DNA from: Patescibacteria group bacterium
GTDB taxonomy: Bacteria > Patescibacteriota > Patescibacteriia > UBA2591 > UBA4787
Length of the DNA stretch: 64,000 nt
Assembly: GCA_028715115.1 (NCBI GenBank)
Contig: JAQUSN010000002.1
Coordinates: 4,944 to 68,943, forward strand
Direction: 5' to 3'
Position 1 is the first letter of the stretch, and the number at the start of each line of letters is the position of its first letter. Under the pieces are notes generated by a model. The model saw only the letters and a list, made by a program, of their open reading frames with translations. It did not search any database and was not told the DNA's origin. Positions 25,534 to 36,401 of this stretch are shown here, piece after piece. Position numbers and translations under genes: made by a program.

Positions 25534-26883
25534 ATGGCTCGAAAGGCCGCTCTTAACAGCTCGGGCACAAGATCATCCCTTTTGCATAAACTGATTATCG
25601 TTATTGTGATATTAATTTTATTAATATCTGGAGCAATTTTAACGAGCGTTTTGATTTTCGGGCGTTCGACTGGCAGCGCGGGAGATAGGTTGGTAGAATT
25701 AGACGTACAAGGAGAAAATATGGTTGATAGTTTAGCTACTAATAGATATAGTTTTTCATTAACCAACAGAGAAATATCAGATCTTAGGTCTGCTGAAATG
25801 AACGTTGTTTTTCCAGATGGTTTTATTCTAACCAATACCGATCAGCCTTGCGAAGAGAAATTAACTTCAGGATGTACCTGGCTGTTAGGGAAAGTTAAAA
25901 GAGGCGAAAGTAAAAATATTTCCATTGAAGGTTATTTTTTGGGAGCCAGTAAAACAGAACAGGATTTCAAGACGATTAAAGGTACAATAAATTTTCAGTT
26001 AGAAGACTTTAGTTCCAACTTCCAAAAGCAGTTTGCTAAAAATATTTTTGTCCGACCAGTTTTAACCATAGGTTTGATAGGTCTGAATGACGCCGTGGTT
26101 GGCCAAAAAAGCGAATGGCAGATCAACTTGTCTAATACTTCTGATAAAACCATTAATCAAGTTAGTGCATCACTTATTGCGCCGAGCGGTTTTAACGTAG
26201 AGTTTAATCAAACAGATTCAGACTTATTTTTTAACCAATCTCGCTTGGTTTGGGCGGTTAAAAATTTAGGCCCACGCGCTGAGCGCATTATTAAGTTTAG
26301 GGGTTATTTTAGCGATTCTAATATAACCACGGCCCAGCTAATTGTTAAAGCCGATTTGCCGGACAATGAAAATAAATTATTTCTGCAGGCCGAAAGTAGC
26401 CAGGAGGTTAGCGTTAGAAATGAAAACGTCGGCTTATCGTTGTTAATAGATGCTAGCGAAGGCGCGCTTGCTCCGAGTCAGGAAATACCCGTTTATATAA
26501 CATATAATAATATACCCGCAGATATAAAAGACTTAACACTAAGATTGTCTTTCTCTGATTCCAGCTTGTTTAATTGGTCAGATTTAACCACTAAGTCTTG
26601 GCAATGGCAAAGCGGCGGAAGCAATTTAAACTCACAGTCATGGCTGATCGAATCATCAGCCGACGCTCGATCGATTGTTTGGGGTAAGGCGCAAATTGGC
26701 GCGCTTGAGAATCTATCATCGGCCGATTCAGGCACGATCGAATTAAACATTAAATCAACAGATGTTTTTATTAGCAACAATTCTTTGGTGGAAATAAAAT
26801 TAACAGCCACCGGTAAATATGCCGACAATAGTCCGTTTTCTATTGCCGGTCCGGTGAAATTATTAACGGTTAAAGCATATTAA
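25534..26883 (+). CDS. Membrane-anchored Ig/DUF11-like protein
   Basis: N-terminal TM; beta-rich repeats. Confidence 0.6.
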   Translation: MARKAALNSSGTRSSLLHKLIIVIVILILLISGAILTSVLIFGRSTGSAGDRLVELDVQGENMVDSLATNRYSFSLTNREISDLRSAEMNVVFPDGFILTNTDQPCEEKLTSGCTWLLGKVKRGESKNISIEGYFLGASKTEQDFKTIKGTINFQLEDFSSNFQKQFAKNIFVRPVLTIGLIGLNDAVVGQKSEWQINLSNTSDKTINQVSASLIAPSGFNVEFNQTDSDLFFNQSRLVWAVKNLGPRAERIIKFRGYFSDSNITTAQLIVKADLPDNENKLFLQAESSQEVSVRNENVGLSLLIDASEGALAPSQEIPVYITYNNIPADIKDLTLRLSFSDSSLFNWSDLTTKSWQWQSGGSNLNSQSWLIESSADARSIVWGKAQIGALENLSSADSGTIELNIKSTDVFISNNSLVEIKLTATGKYADNSPFSIAGPVKLLTVKAY

Positions 26884-26892
26884 AGCGATTCT

Positions 26893-27213
26893 ATGATAGA
26901 TATTTTGTATTTTCCGATTTGGTGGTATACGATTGGGCTTATAAAAAGGCTCAAGGGCTTTATTGACAACTTGAATTATTTAAGCCGTTACTTGGCGATT
27001 AAAATACTTTTAGCCAATTTGTTTAAGCCGATGTTTGGCCAATATAGCTGGCAAGGGAGAATCATCAGCTTTTTTATGAGAATTTTACAACTAGCCTTTT
27101 CGTTGGTTGTTTTTGTTTTAGGTACGATATTTTTCTTGGCAATTTTAATTCTCTGGATTGTAACAATTCCGATAGCAGTTATTCAGATTATTCGTTTAGC
27201 CAGCTTATTTTAA
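26893..27213 (+). CDS. Hypothetical membrane protein
   Basis: YFPIWWY...NLFKPMFG; 4 nt upstream of the Clp ATPase gene. Confidence 0.75.
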   Translation: MIDILYFPIWWYTIGLIKRLKGFIDNLNYLSRYLAIKILLANLFKPMFGQYSWQGRIISFFMRILQLAFSLVVFVLGTIFFLAILILWIVTIPIAVIQIIRLASLF

Positions 27214-27217
27214 TTTT

Positions 27218-29938
27218 ATGGAATACATATATTGTCCGACATGTCGGGGATTTGGTCGGTTAGAAAAGCGGGTTTGCCCAACCTGCCGTGGCCGAGGACT
27301 GTACGCCTGGGTCGGCGGTTATTTGTTGTATTGGTATAAAAGATTCAGCAAAACTGAATTAGCTTGGTTAAAATTAAAAATAGCCGTCATGTTTTTAATT
27401 AATTTGGCTCTTTTTGCCTTTGGCCTTTTGGGTATTTTAGCGTTGGCGCAAAGCATTTTTCATTTATATTATTTTGATAAAGTCTGGAATTTTTTTACTC
27501 AAAGCAAAAATTTTTTACAACTTATTTTTTGGATTTCTGTTATCACAGACGCTTATTTATTTTATCGATTTGAAAAGTTAACGGAAAGGCGCCGCAAAAT
27601 TTGGCCGAAAACTACGCAAAATTTATTACCGCCGACCAGTGACTGGATGACAATTAATCATTTGAGCTCCAAATTTAAAATAAACGTTGCCGATTCTTTA
27701 TCCGACGAAGCCAAAAAATTAATTTTAAACGCTTGGCAATTGGCCGAAAAAATGAGCAGCGCAGAAATTTTGCCGATTCATTTATTGGCTGCTGGGTTGA
27801 CTAGTTCGCAAATTAGTTTGGTAATTAATCGTTTAGGCTTAAACTGGCCCAAGTTAAATGAAAAAGTTGCTCGAGCTTTAGCCGTTACTCCAAAAGTTTC
27901 TGGGCTGATAGACCCCAAAATTTCCAAAGACAGTAAGGCAGTAATTTTAACGGCCTATGAACTTGCTTGCCAAGACAAAATGATTAACGTTGATTGCCTT
28001 AAAATTCTCGAAGCCTTAGCTGCGCCAGAAGGAGTGATTAAAGAAATTTTTTATGACTTAGAAATTGGTTTAGATGAAATAAAAAACGTTTCGGTTTGGG
28101 TGAAGGTTTACGAAGCTTTACAAAAAGAATACCATCGCTTTCGTGGCGCTGCGCGTTTTAAACCCAAGGGCGCTATGAATCGGGCCATGACTGCCATTGC
28201 TACGCCCAATTTGGATTCTTTTAGTCAGGATTTAACTCAGGTGGCTCGTTATGGTTATTTGGGTTATTGTTTAGATCGAGAAAAAGAATATGCGGAAATT
28301 CTGCGAGCCATTGAAGGCGGACACGGCAGCGCGGTTTTAGTCGGCCAACCTGGCGTTGGTAAAACGACCATCATTAATGGTATTGCCAGACGAATGACCA
28401 CTGAAGATGTGCCTTCGGTTTTGCGCGATAAAAGACTAGTTAGTTTGTCGTTGGCGAGCTTAGTGGCCGGTGCTTCACGACCCGGAGAAATTGAACAGAG
28501 ATTACAGCTTTTAATGAGCGAGATAGTTCGTTCTGGCAATATTATTTTATTCATTCCCAATATTCATAATATGATCGGCGTTAAAACCACGGAAGGCGAA
28601 TTGGACATTTCTGAAATTTTAGCTGATGCTTTAAAGAAAAAACTTTTTACAGCTATAGCCACGACAACCACGGCCGATTATCGTAAATACATCGAAAATA
28701 AGAGCTTGGGCGAGGCCTTGCAAAAAATAGAAGTTGAAGAGCCGGGCAAAAATGAAACCATCCAAATTTTGGAGGCCAATGCGGCGTCAATTGAAGGAAA
28801 GGAACAGGTTTACTTTTCTTACGGATCACTCACCAAGGCCATAGAATTATCGGTTCGTTATATTTCGGAAAGATTTTTGCCGGACAAGGCAATTAATTTG
28901 ATGAAAGAAGTGGCTATTTTTGTTCGCAACAAACGCGGTCGGCAAACTGTGGTGCAAACTGAAGACGTGGCTGCGATCGTGGCGGAAAAAACCAACATTC
29001 CGGTGACTAAAATCACCGAACAAGAAAGTCAAAAGTTATTAAACCTTGAGGATGAAATTCACAAAAGAATTATCGGTCAGGATGAAGCAGTCGAAATGGT
29101 GGCTTCGGCCTTGCGTCGAGCTCGCGCGGAGTTGCGCGACAATAAGCGACCAATTGTTAATTTGCTCTTTTTGGGCCCAACCGGCGTTGGTAAAACCGAA
29201 TTAGCTAAAACCGTAGCTGAAGTTTATTTCGGCGATGAGAATAAAATGGTTCGTTTAGATATGAGCGAATATCAGACCGCCGAAAGCATCAATCGTTTAA
29301 TTGGCGCGACAGGCGGCGAAGAGGGCGGACAATTAACCGAGCAAGTTAGGCAAAATCCTTTCACCTTATTATTATTAGATGAAATCGAAAAAGCTCATCC
29401 GGATATTTTAAATCTTTTCTTGCAATTAATGGACGATGGGCGTTTAACTGATGCCATGGGCCGGACCGTGGACTTTACCAATGTAATTTTAATTGCCACC
29501 TCTAATGCCGGCACTGATTTTATACAAGAGCAGATAAAAAATAACGTGGCCGTGGCAACAATTCAGGATGTTTTAGTGCGAGAAAAGCTTAAAACATACT
29601 TTAAGCCAGAATTTATTAATCGTTTTGATGGGGTTATTGTCTTTAAGCCGTTGACAATGGCGGAAATAACCAAAATCGCCCAGTTAATGATTAATAAATT
29701 AGTTAAACAAATGTTAGCCAAGGGAATTATTCTTAGGGCCACTGATGCTGCAATTCAAGAGTTATCACAAAAAGGATTTGATCCTATTTTCGGCGCCAGG
29801 CCCTTACGTCGTGTGATTCAAGAGAACGTTAATAACGCCTTAGCAGATTTTCTATTAAGCGGTAAGATTGGTAGGCGAGATGTGGTAGTTTTAGATAAGG
29901 GCAATCAAATTAGGATAGAAAAGGGCTCTAGCATTTAA
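27218..29938 (+). CDS. ClpA/B/C-family AAA+ ATPase with N-terminal Zn finger and TM helices
   Basis: GQPGVGKT and GPTGVGKTE Walker A motifs, LDEIEKAH, GARPLRR. Confidence 0.92.
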   Translation: MEYIYCPTCRGFGRLEKRVCPTCRGRGLYAWVGGYLLYWYKRFSKTELAWLKLKIAVMFLINLALFAFGLLGILALAQSIFHLYYFDKVWNFFTQSKNFLQLIFWISVITDAYLFYRFEKLTERRRKIWPKTTQNLLPPTSDWMTINHLSSKFKINVADSLSDEAKKLILNAWQLAEKMSSAEILPIHLLAAGLTSSQISLVINRLGLNWPKLNEKVARALAVTPKVSGLIDPKISKDSKAVILTAYELACQDKMINVDCLKILEALAAPEGVIKEIFYDLEIGLDEIKNVSVWVKVYEALQKEYHRFRGAARFKPKGAMNRAMTAIATPNLDSFSQDLTQVARYGYLGYCLDREKEYAEILRAIEGGHGSAVLVGQPGVGKTTIINGIARRMTTEDVPSVLRDKRLVSLSLASLVAGASRPGEIEQRLQLLMSEIVRSGNIILFIPNIHNMIGVKTTEGELDISEILADALKKKLFTAIATTTTADYRKYIENKSLGEALQKIEVEEPGKNETIQILEANAASIEGKEQVYFSYGSLTKAIELSVRYISERFLPDKAINLMKEVAIFVRNKRGRQTVVQTEDVAAIVAEKTNIPVTKITEQESQKLLNLEDEIHKRIIGQDEAVEMVASALRRARAELRDNKRPIVNLLFLGPTGVGKTELAKTVAEVYFGDENKMVRLDMSEYQTAESINRLIGATGGEEGGQLTEQVRQNPFTLLLLDEIEKAHPDILNLFLQLMDDGRLTDAMGRTVDFTNVILIATSNAGTDFIQEQIKNNVAVATIQDVLVREKLKTYFKPEFINRFDGVIVFKPLTMAEITKIAQLMINKLVKQMLAKGIILRATDAAIQELSQKGFDPIFGARPLRRVIQENVNNALADFLLSGKIGRRDVVVLDKGNQIRIEKGSSI

Positions 29939-29956
29939 TATTATAATAATTTTGGC

Positions 29957-31066
29957 ATGCTCATCGGCATTGATGCTTCAAGGGCTAATCGCGCCCACAA
30001 AACTGGAGTAGAATGGTATTCTTTTTACCTGATTCAGGAACTAAAGAAAATCCCCGTTAAAGCAGGGGATACTTTTGTCTTATATGGGTCAGGCGAACTA
30101 AAAGGAGAGTTAAGTAATTTACCGGGACACTGGTATGCTAAAATATTAAAATGGCCCTTAAAATATTTTTGGACGCAAATCAGATTGTCGTGGGAAATGA
30201 TGTTTAATCCGCCAGACGTGCTATTTGTGCCTTCACATGCTTTGCCTATTTTTTGCCGAGCTAAGACCGTTATCACCTTGCATGATTTGGGATTTGAAAG
30301 ATTTCCTAAGGCTTATAGTTTTTGCCAGAAAAATTATCTAAAATTTGTTTATAAGTGGGCTGTTAAGCGAGCCAATAAAATAATCGTGCCTTCAGAATTT
30401 ACCCGCCAAGAGCTGATTAATCTTTATAAAGCAGAAGAAAATAAAATAGAAAAAATTTATTTGGCCTATCAGCCCGAGACCTTTCGATTAATAAGCGACC
30501 AAGAAAAAGCAGAATCCGTATTGATAAAATATAAGATTAAAAAACCATATCTTTTATACATCGGCCGCTTAGAAAAAAAGAAAAATACACTTGGCCTATT
30601 AAAAGCCTGGCAAGAGATTTCCCGAGCTGACAATAATTTAAATTTGGTTTTAGTCGGGCCCGAAGGTTATGGCTTTGAAGAAGTAAGGGAGTTGTTAAAT
30701 AAATTGAAAAATAAAATTATTTATTTGCCATATATTGGTCAAGACGAAACGCCTTATTTATATTCTGGAGCTGTTTGTTTTGTGTTTCCAAGTTTTTATG
30801 AAGGATTTGGTTTGCCGATTTTAGAAGCCATGGCCTGTGGTTGTCCGGTAGTTGCTTCTAAGGTCGCCTCCATTCACGAAGTTGGCGGCGAAGCATTAGA
30901 ATATTTTAATCCGCAAGAAATCGACGATATGGTAGGGACGATTAGGAAGATAGTTTATAATTCAGAGATTCGAGAACAAATGATTGCCAGGGGGCTAGCG
31001 CGGGTTAATAATTTTTCTTGGGCTAAATGTGCCCAAGAAACCCTTAGCGTTTTAAAAAATTTGTAA
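29957..31066 (+). CDS. Glycosyltransferase family 4
   Basis: YEGFGLPILEAMACG. Confidence 0.92.
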   Translation: MLIGIDASRANRAHKTGVEWYSFYLIQELKKIPVKAGDTFVLYGSGELKGELSNLPGHWYAKILKWPLKYFWTQIRLSWEMMFNPPDVLFVPSHALPIFCRAKTVITLHDLGFERFPKAYSFCQKNYLKFVYKWAVKRANKIIVPSEFTRQELINLYKAEENKIEKIYLAYQPETFRLISDQEKAESVLIKYKIKKPYLLYIGRLEKKKNTLGLLKAWQEISRADNNLNLVLVGPEGYGFEEVRELLNKLKNKIIYLPYIGQDETPYLYSGAVCFVFPSFYEGFGLPILEAMACGCPVVASKVASIHEVGGEALEYFNPQEIDDMVGTIRKIVYNSEIREQMIARGLARVNNFSWAKCAQETLSVLKNL

Positions 31067-31069
31067 TTT

Positions 31070-32020
31070 ATGGTCCAGGTTAATTGGCCGATTGCCGGTC
31101 ATAAAAAAATTGTAGAATTTTTACAAAAAAGCATTGCCAATAATCGATTGGCTCATGCTTATTTGTTTTATGGCTCACAAAATGTCGGAAAAGGTCTGGT
31201 GGCCTTAAATTTTATTTCGGAAATTTTAACTAAAAATTCAATCGGTCGTGATAAAAATTTAATTCAAGAACAAATTAGGCAAAAATCACATCCAGACGTT
31301 TTTTGGATAGAAAAGCTTGAAAATAAAAGGAATATCAGCATTGATCAAGTCAGGGATCTGAGGATAAACCTAAATTTAAGCCCCTTTTCAAATGGCCATA
31401 AAATTGTTATAATCAATAATGCCGAGGAGTTGAGTGAGGCGGCTGCCAACTCTTTTTTAAAAATCCTGGAAGAGACGCCGAGCAAAACGATAATCATTTT
31501 ATTAGTAAATAATCTAAAAAGAATTTTGCCGACCATTACTTCGCGCTGTCAATTGATAAAATTTAATCCGGTTCCACTGGAAGAAATTAAAAAATTTTTG
31601 GTCAATAAACTAAAAGTTAAGGCCGGGGAAGCGGAGATACTGAGTCAATTGTCCTTCGGTCGTCCAGGATTAATCGTTGATTGGTTGGAGCAAAAAGAAA
31701 AATCAAAAGAATATCAGCAACAAATAAAATTTTTTATAAAAATTATTAATGGAACATTGCACGAAAAAATAAATTTTGTGTCGCAAATAGAAGATGTTCC
31801 GTTTTTTGCCTGGCAAATTATTTTAAGAGACATGCTTTTGTTTAAAAATAATTTACCCATCATTAATTCAGAGATAAAAATTTCTATTGAACGACTGATA
31901 GGGAAGTGGTCGGAAGAAAAAATTTACGCCGCAATTAAATCTCTTGAGCGAACAGAAAAATTATTTAGATTCAATATAAATAAGAAACTAGCTTTGGAGA
32001 ATTTTTTTATTAATTTATAA
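31070..32020 (+). CDS. holB: DNA polymerase III delta-prime subunit
   Basis: AHAYLFYG, HPDV, AANSFLKILEE, TITSRCQ. Confidence 0.9.
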   Translation: MVQVNWPIAGHKKIVEFLQKSIANNRLAHAYLFYGSQNVGKGLVALNFISEILTKNSIGRDKNLIQEQIRQKSHPDVFWIEKLENKRNISIDQVRDLRINLNLSPFSNGHKIVIINNAEELSEAAANSFLKILEETPSKTIIILLVNNLKRILPTITSRCQLIKFNPVPLEEIKKFLVNKLKVKAGEAEILSQLSFGRPGLIVDWLEQKEKSKEYQQQIKFFIKIINGTLHEKINFVSQIEDVPFFAWQIILRDMLLFKNNLPIINSEIKISIERLIGKWSEEKIYAAIKSLERTEKLFRFNINKKLALENFFINL

Positions 32021-32025
32021 ACTCT

Positions 32026-33075
32026 ATGAAAAACAAAATTATTTTTCTCGGATTAATTTCGTCTTTGCTTTTAATGGGAGCTGGTTGTAGTAAGGTGCAA
32101 GTTGTTTCTAATGATGGCGGTGTTTATAAATCTTTTGACAACGGCACCAGATGGGAACAGAAGGTCGCAGTTCTAAGTGTGGGTCAGCCCAAGAGCATTG
32201 CCACCATCAATGTGGCTAAATTAGTTTTTGATCCATCAGATGCCAATTTGCTTTATGCCGTATCTAGCGACGGTAGATTATTTACAACTCTTGATGCGGC
32301 TGAATCTTGGCAGGAGCTAACCAAAGTCCCAAAGGGAATTATAAATAGTATTGCTTTTAACCTACAAACTGGCGAAACAGTTTATTTGGCTATTGGCAAT
32401 AAGATATATAAAAGTGACTGTTCTTGCCGTTCTTGGCAAAACGTTTATTTAGAAGCATTGCCGAATATTCAGGTAATGGCCTTGGCGGTTGATGGCGGTG
32501 ATGTAAATAAAGTTTTAGCTGGCCTTTCTGATGGCCGAATCATTAAAAGTAGCGATGGAGGTAACAATTGGTCAACCTTTTATGACTTTAAAAACAAAAT
32601 TGCCCAGATTATGTTTAGCCCCAATAGTACAGGGGTTATTTATGTGAACACAAATGGCGGTGGCTTATGGCGATCGACCGATGCCGGAAATAGCTGGCAA
32701 AATCTAGACCAAAATCTTAAGAGTTTTAGAGGCGGTCGAGACGTTAGTTTAATGGTTGCGGACGCGACTAGGCCGGATTCATTGGTTATTTCAAGTACTT
32801 ATGGTCTTTTGCGCTCAAATGATGGCGGCCAGAGCTGGACCGATTATAAATTATTGTCTCAACCGGGCAAGGCCACTATTTCGGCCTTTGGTTTCAACCC
32901 CAAGAACCCCAATGAAATCTATTATACCACTAACAACACCCTATATCGGTCTTCAGACGGAGGAGCAAAGTGGCAAACCAAGCCCTTACCCAGCAAAAGG
33001 ACTCCGACCGTACTTCTGGTTGACCCGAACAATCCACATGTCCTTTATTTAGGACTTGCCAGAATTGAAAAATAG
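32026..33075 (+). CDS. BNR/VPS10 beta-propeller lipoprotein
   Basis: MGAGC lipobox; repeated SxDGGxxW Asp-boxes. Confidence 0.85.
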   Translation: MKNKIIFLGLISSLLLMGAGCSKVQVVSNDGGVYKSFDNGTRWEQKVAVLSVGQPKSIATINVAKLVFDPSDANLLYAVSSDGRLFTTLDAAESWQELTKVPKGIINSIAFNLQTGETVYLAIGNKIYKSDCSCRSWQNVYLEALPNIQVMALAVDGGDVNKVLAGLSDGRIIKSSDGGNNWSTFYDFKNKIAQIMFSPNSTGVIYVNTNGGGLWRSTDAGNSWQNLDQNLKSFRGGRDVSLMVADATRPDSLVISSTYGLLRSNDGGQSWTDYKLLSQPGKATISAFGFNPKNPNEIYYTTNNTLYRSSDGGAKWQTKPLPSKRTPTVLLVDPNNPHVLYLGLARIEK

Positions 33076-33155
33076 TTCTAAACTAAAAATCCATTTATTA
33101 TAATTAATTAACGCTGATTGATTTTTTAGAATTAATCGGCCCTAAAGAAATTCTT

Positions 33156-35174
33156 ATGCCCAAAACAGCCAAAACCAAAATCGCCAACATTAAAAAAAGA
33201 GACGGACAACTCGTTGCTTTCGATCAAAGTAAAATTACCAATGCAATTTATCGTGCCGTGACCGCTGTCGAGGGCGAAGACGGAAAATTATCAAAAAAAT
33301 TATCTAAACAAGTGGTAGAAATTCTAAATAGGCGCTTTAAGAAGACCATCCCCAGCGTCGAAGACATCCAAGATATTGTCGAAGAAGTTTTAATCTTATC
33401 TGATTTAGTCGAAATAGCTCGCGCTTATATTCTCTATCGTGAACAGCGCAGAAAAATTCGCGAAAGCAATCTAGCCACGCAAGAGACCGTCTCTTCAGTC
33501 GATCAATATTTAGAAGAATTAGATTGGGAGGTTCACGAAAATGCCAACATGGCTTATTCGCTACAGGGACTAAATCATTATGTAACGACTTCGGTCATCA
33601 AACAATATTGGTTGAATAAATTTTATCCAAAAGAAATTCGCGAAGCGGCTAAGGGTGGCGATTTTCACATCCACAACCTGGATTGTCTCGGACCGTATTG
33701 TATGGGTTGGGATTTATATGATTTTTTGGTTCGTGGTTTTGGCGGAGTTGTCGGCAAAATTGAAACTAAGCCGGCTAAACATTTAAGAACAGCCTTAGGA
33801 CATTTAGTAAATTTATTTTATACACTACAAGGAGAATCAGCTGGTGCGCAAGCTGTTTCTTCATTTGATACTTTACTCGCGCCGTTCATTCGTTTTGATA
33901 ATTTGGATTATAAGGGTATTAAACAGGCCGTGCAAGAGTTTCTGTTTAATTGTTCAGTGCCGACTCGAGTAGGTTTTCAGACTCCGTTTACTAATATCAG
34001 TTTAGACATTAAATCGCCATCAAATCTGGCTAATACGCCAGTAATTATTGGCGGAAAACCACAGAAAGAGACCTATGGTGAATTTCAGGAAGAAATGAAT
34101 ATGTTAAATAAGGCGCTTTTTGAATGTATGACCGAAGGGGATGCCAAGAAAAGGGTTTTTACTTTTCCCATCCCGACCATTAGTATTGGTAAGGACTTTA
34201 ATTGGGAAGATCCGGCGCTCGATACGATGTGGGAGGCGACAGCCAAATATGGCATTAATTATTTCAGCAACTTTATTCAGTCAGATATGAAGCCAGAAGA
34301 TGTGCGTAGTATGTGTTGCCGATTAAGACTTGATAAGCGAGAGTTATATAAAAGAGGCGGTGGTTTATTCGGCGCCAATCCTTTAACCGGCAGCATGGGG
34401 GTGGTAACATTAAATTTGCCGCGTATCGGGTATTTATCTAAAAATGAAAAAGAATTTTTTGCTCGTTTAAGTCATTTAATGGATTTAGCTAAAGAAAGTT
34501 TGGAAATAAAAAGAAAAGGATTGGAAGATTTAATAGAAAAAGGTTTATATCCTTATTCAAAGTTTTATTTATCCAGCATTAAAAAGGTCCGCGGTAGTTA
34601 TTGGGCTAATCATTTTGCTACCATTGGTATTGTTGGGATGAATGAGGCCTTGCTAAATTTTGTTAAAATCAAAAAAGATATCACCACCAAAGAAGGCAAG
34701 GCGTTTGCCATTAAAGTGATGGATTTCATGAGAGATAAATTACTTCAGTATCAAGAAGAAACCAGCAATATCTATAATCTGGAAAGCACGCCGGCAGAAA
34801 GCACTTCGTATCGTTTGGCTGAAAAAGATAAATTAGCCTATCCGGATATTATTACTTCGGGCGAGAAAGTTCCTTATTATACCAACTCAACTCAATTGCC
34901 GGTTAATTTCAGCAATGATATTTTTACTTCACTGAAACTACAAGATGATTTGCAAACAAAATATACGGGTGGAACTGTCTTCCATATCTGGTTAGGAGAA
35001 CGATTGCCGGACGGAAAAACTTGTAAAAAATTGGTTAAGAGAATTTTCGAAAATTTTAAACTACCTTATATTACCTTTACCCCCACCTTTAGTATTTGTC
35101 CTAAGCACGGTTATTTAAGCGGTGAGCATGAATTTTGTCCGATTTGTGACGAAGAAATTGGCTATAAAAAGTAA
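33156..35174 (+). CDS. nrdD: Class III ribonucleotide reductase, large part with ATP cone
   Basis: IKKRDG ATP cone; SMCCRL; TPAESTSYRLA; ends after CPKHG...CPIC. Confidence 0.93.
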   Translation: MPKTAKTKIANIKKRDGQLVAFDQSKITNAIYRAVTAVEGEDGKLSKKLSKQVVEILNRRFKKTIPSVEDIQDIVEEVLILSDLVEIARAYILYREQRRKIRESNLATQETVSSVDQYLEELDWEVHENANMAYSLQGLNHYVTTSVIKQYWLNKFYPKEIREAAKGGDFHIHNLDCLGPYCMGWDLYDFLVRGFGGVVGKIETKPAKHLRTALGHLVNLFYTLQGESAGAQAVSSFDTLLAPFIRFDNLDYKGIKQAVQEFLFNCSVPTRVGFQTPFTNISLDIKSPSNLANTPVIIGGKPQKETYGEFQEEMNMLNKALFECMTEGDAKKRVFTFPIPTISIGKDFNWEDPALDTMWEATAKYGINYFSNFIQSDMKPEDVRSMCCRLRLDKRELYKRGGGLFGANPLTGSMGVVTLNLPRIGYLSKNEKEFFARLSHLMDLAKESLEIKRKGLEDLIEKGLYPYSKFYLSSIKKVRGSYWANHFATIGIVGMNEALLNFVKIKKDITTKEGKAFAIKVMDFMRDKLLQYQEETSNIYNLESTPAESTSYRLAEKDKLAYPDIITSGEKVPYYTNSTQLPVNFSNDIFTSLKLQDDLQTKYTGGTVFHIWLGERLPDGKTCKKLVKRIFENFKLPYITFTPTFSICPKHGYLSGEHEFCPICDEEIGYKK

Positions 35175-35209
35175 AGGGCTAATTAATAATTAATATTTAT
35201 TTAACAAAT

Positions 35210-35362
35210 ATGAATAAATCCGAAAAATCAACCGAAAATTTATCCCGCACGCGTTGTGAAGTTTATTCTCGCGTGGTTGGCTATTTAAGGCCTGTTCAAC
35301 AATGGAACAAAGGCAAGAAAGAGGAATTTCGACAAAGACAGACCTTTAAGGCTAAGATTTAA
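35210..35362 (+). CDS. Separate NrdD C-terminal glycyl-radical peptide (50 aa)
   Basis: My translation: MNKSEKSTENLSRTRCEVYSRVVGYLRPVQQWNKGKKEEFRQRQTFKAKI. Confidence 0.88.
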   Translation: MNKSEKSTENLSRTRCEVYSRVVGYLRPVQQWNKGKKEEFRQRQTFKAKI

Positions 35363-35390
35363 TAATTTCAGATAATTTGAATTTTAAGAT

Positions 35391-36401
35391 ATGCCCGTTA
35401 AGGCTATAATTATTGGTTATCTTATTTTTGCTGTTTTAGCTGTTTTTTTATATTTTAATTGGCAGGCCATGGCGCCCAAAGCAAAAAACCTGGAGCCGCA
35501 AGCTTTTGTTTTAGAAAATGGACAGGGCGTAAAAGAAATCGCTGCGCAATTAAAAAATGCTGGTTTGATAAAAAATGATACCTTATTTAAAACGCTCGTG
35601 TTTTTAATGAATGCTAAAAATTCTTTCTGGCCAGGAAAATATTATTTAAGTCCGGATATGGACGTAATCAAGGTAATTAAAACCCTAACGGCCAGACAGG
35701 GACCAGACGAAGTGAGTGCTACAATTATTGAAGGATGGAGCAATAAAGAAATTGCCGCTTATTTAGAAAAACTAAACTTAGTTTCTCAGAAAGACTTCCT
35801 GGCAGCTTTGGCTAACGATCAGGATAAATTTAGAACCAGGTATTCTTGGTTAGATGACGTTCCGAAATCAATTAATTTAGAAGGATTCTTATTTCCCGAC
35901 ACTTATCGTTTTTATAAAGAGACAACAGCCGACGATATAATTGATAAAATGTTGGCTAATTTTGATCAAAAAATTACTCCCGACATAATTACCGCGATTA
36001 ATAAAAACCATCGTACGTTATTTCAGACAATCACCATGGCCAGTTTGGTTGAGAAAGAAGCATCGGATGACGTAGAAAGAAGGTTAATCGCCGACGTTTT
36101 CTGGCGCCGGTTAGAAAACAAAATAGCCCTGCAATCTTGCGCTAGCGTTAATTATGTTTTAGGCGAAACCAAAAAAAGATTATCCATTGCCGATACGCAA
36201 ACCAAGTCTCCCTATAATACTTATTTAAATCGGGGTTTGCCGCCCGGGCCGATCGACAATCCAGGCCTGTCTTCAATTAAAGCGGCTGTTTATCCACTAT
36301 CCAATGATTATTGGTTTTTTTTGGCAGCGGATAATGGTAAAACTATTTTTAGTAAAACACTGGAAGAGCACAATCAAAATAAAAAAGTATATTTAAAATA
36401 A
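35391..36401 (+). CDS. mltG: Endolytic transglycosylase
   Basis: LEGFLFPDTY, ASLVEKE, SPYNTY...GLPPGPI. Confidence 0.95.
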   Translation: MPVKAIIIGYLIFAVLAVFLYFNWQAMAPKAKNLEPQAFVLENGQGVKEIAAQLKNAGLIKNDTLFKTLVFLMNAKNSFWPGKYYLSPDMDVIKVIKTLTARQGPDEVSATIIEGWSNKEIAAYLEKLNLVSQKDFLAALANDQDKFRTRYSWLDDVPKSINLEGFLFPDTYRFYKETTADDIIDKMLANFDQKITPDIITAINKNHRTLFQTITMASLVEKEASDDVERRLIADVFWRRLENKIALQSCASVNYVLGETKKRLSIADTQTKSPYNTYLNRGLPPGPIDNPGLSSIKAAVYPLSNDYWFFLAADNGKTIFSKTLEEHNQNKKVYLK

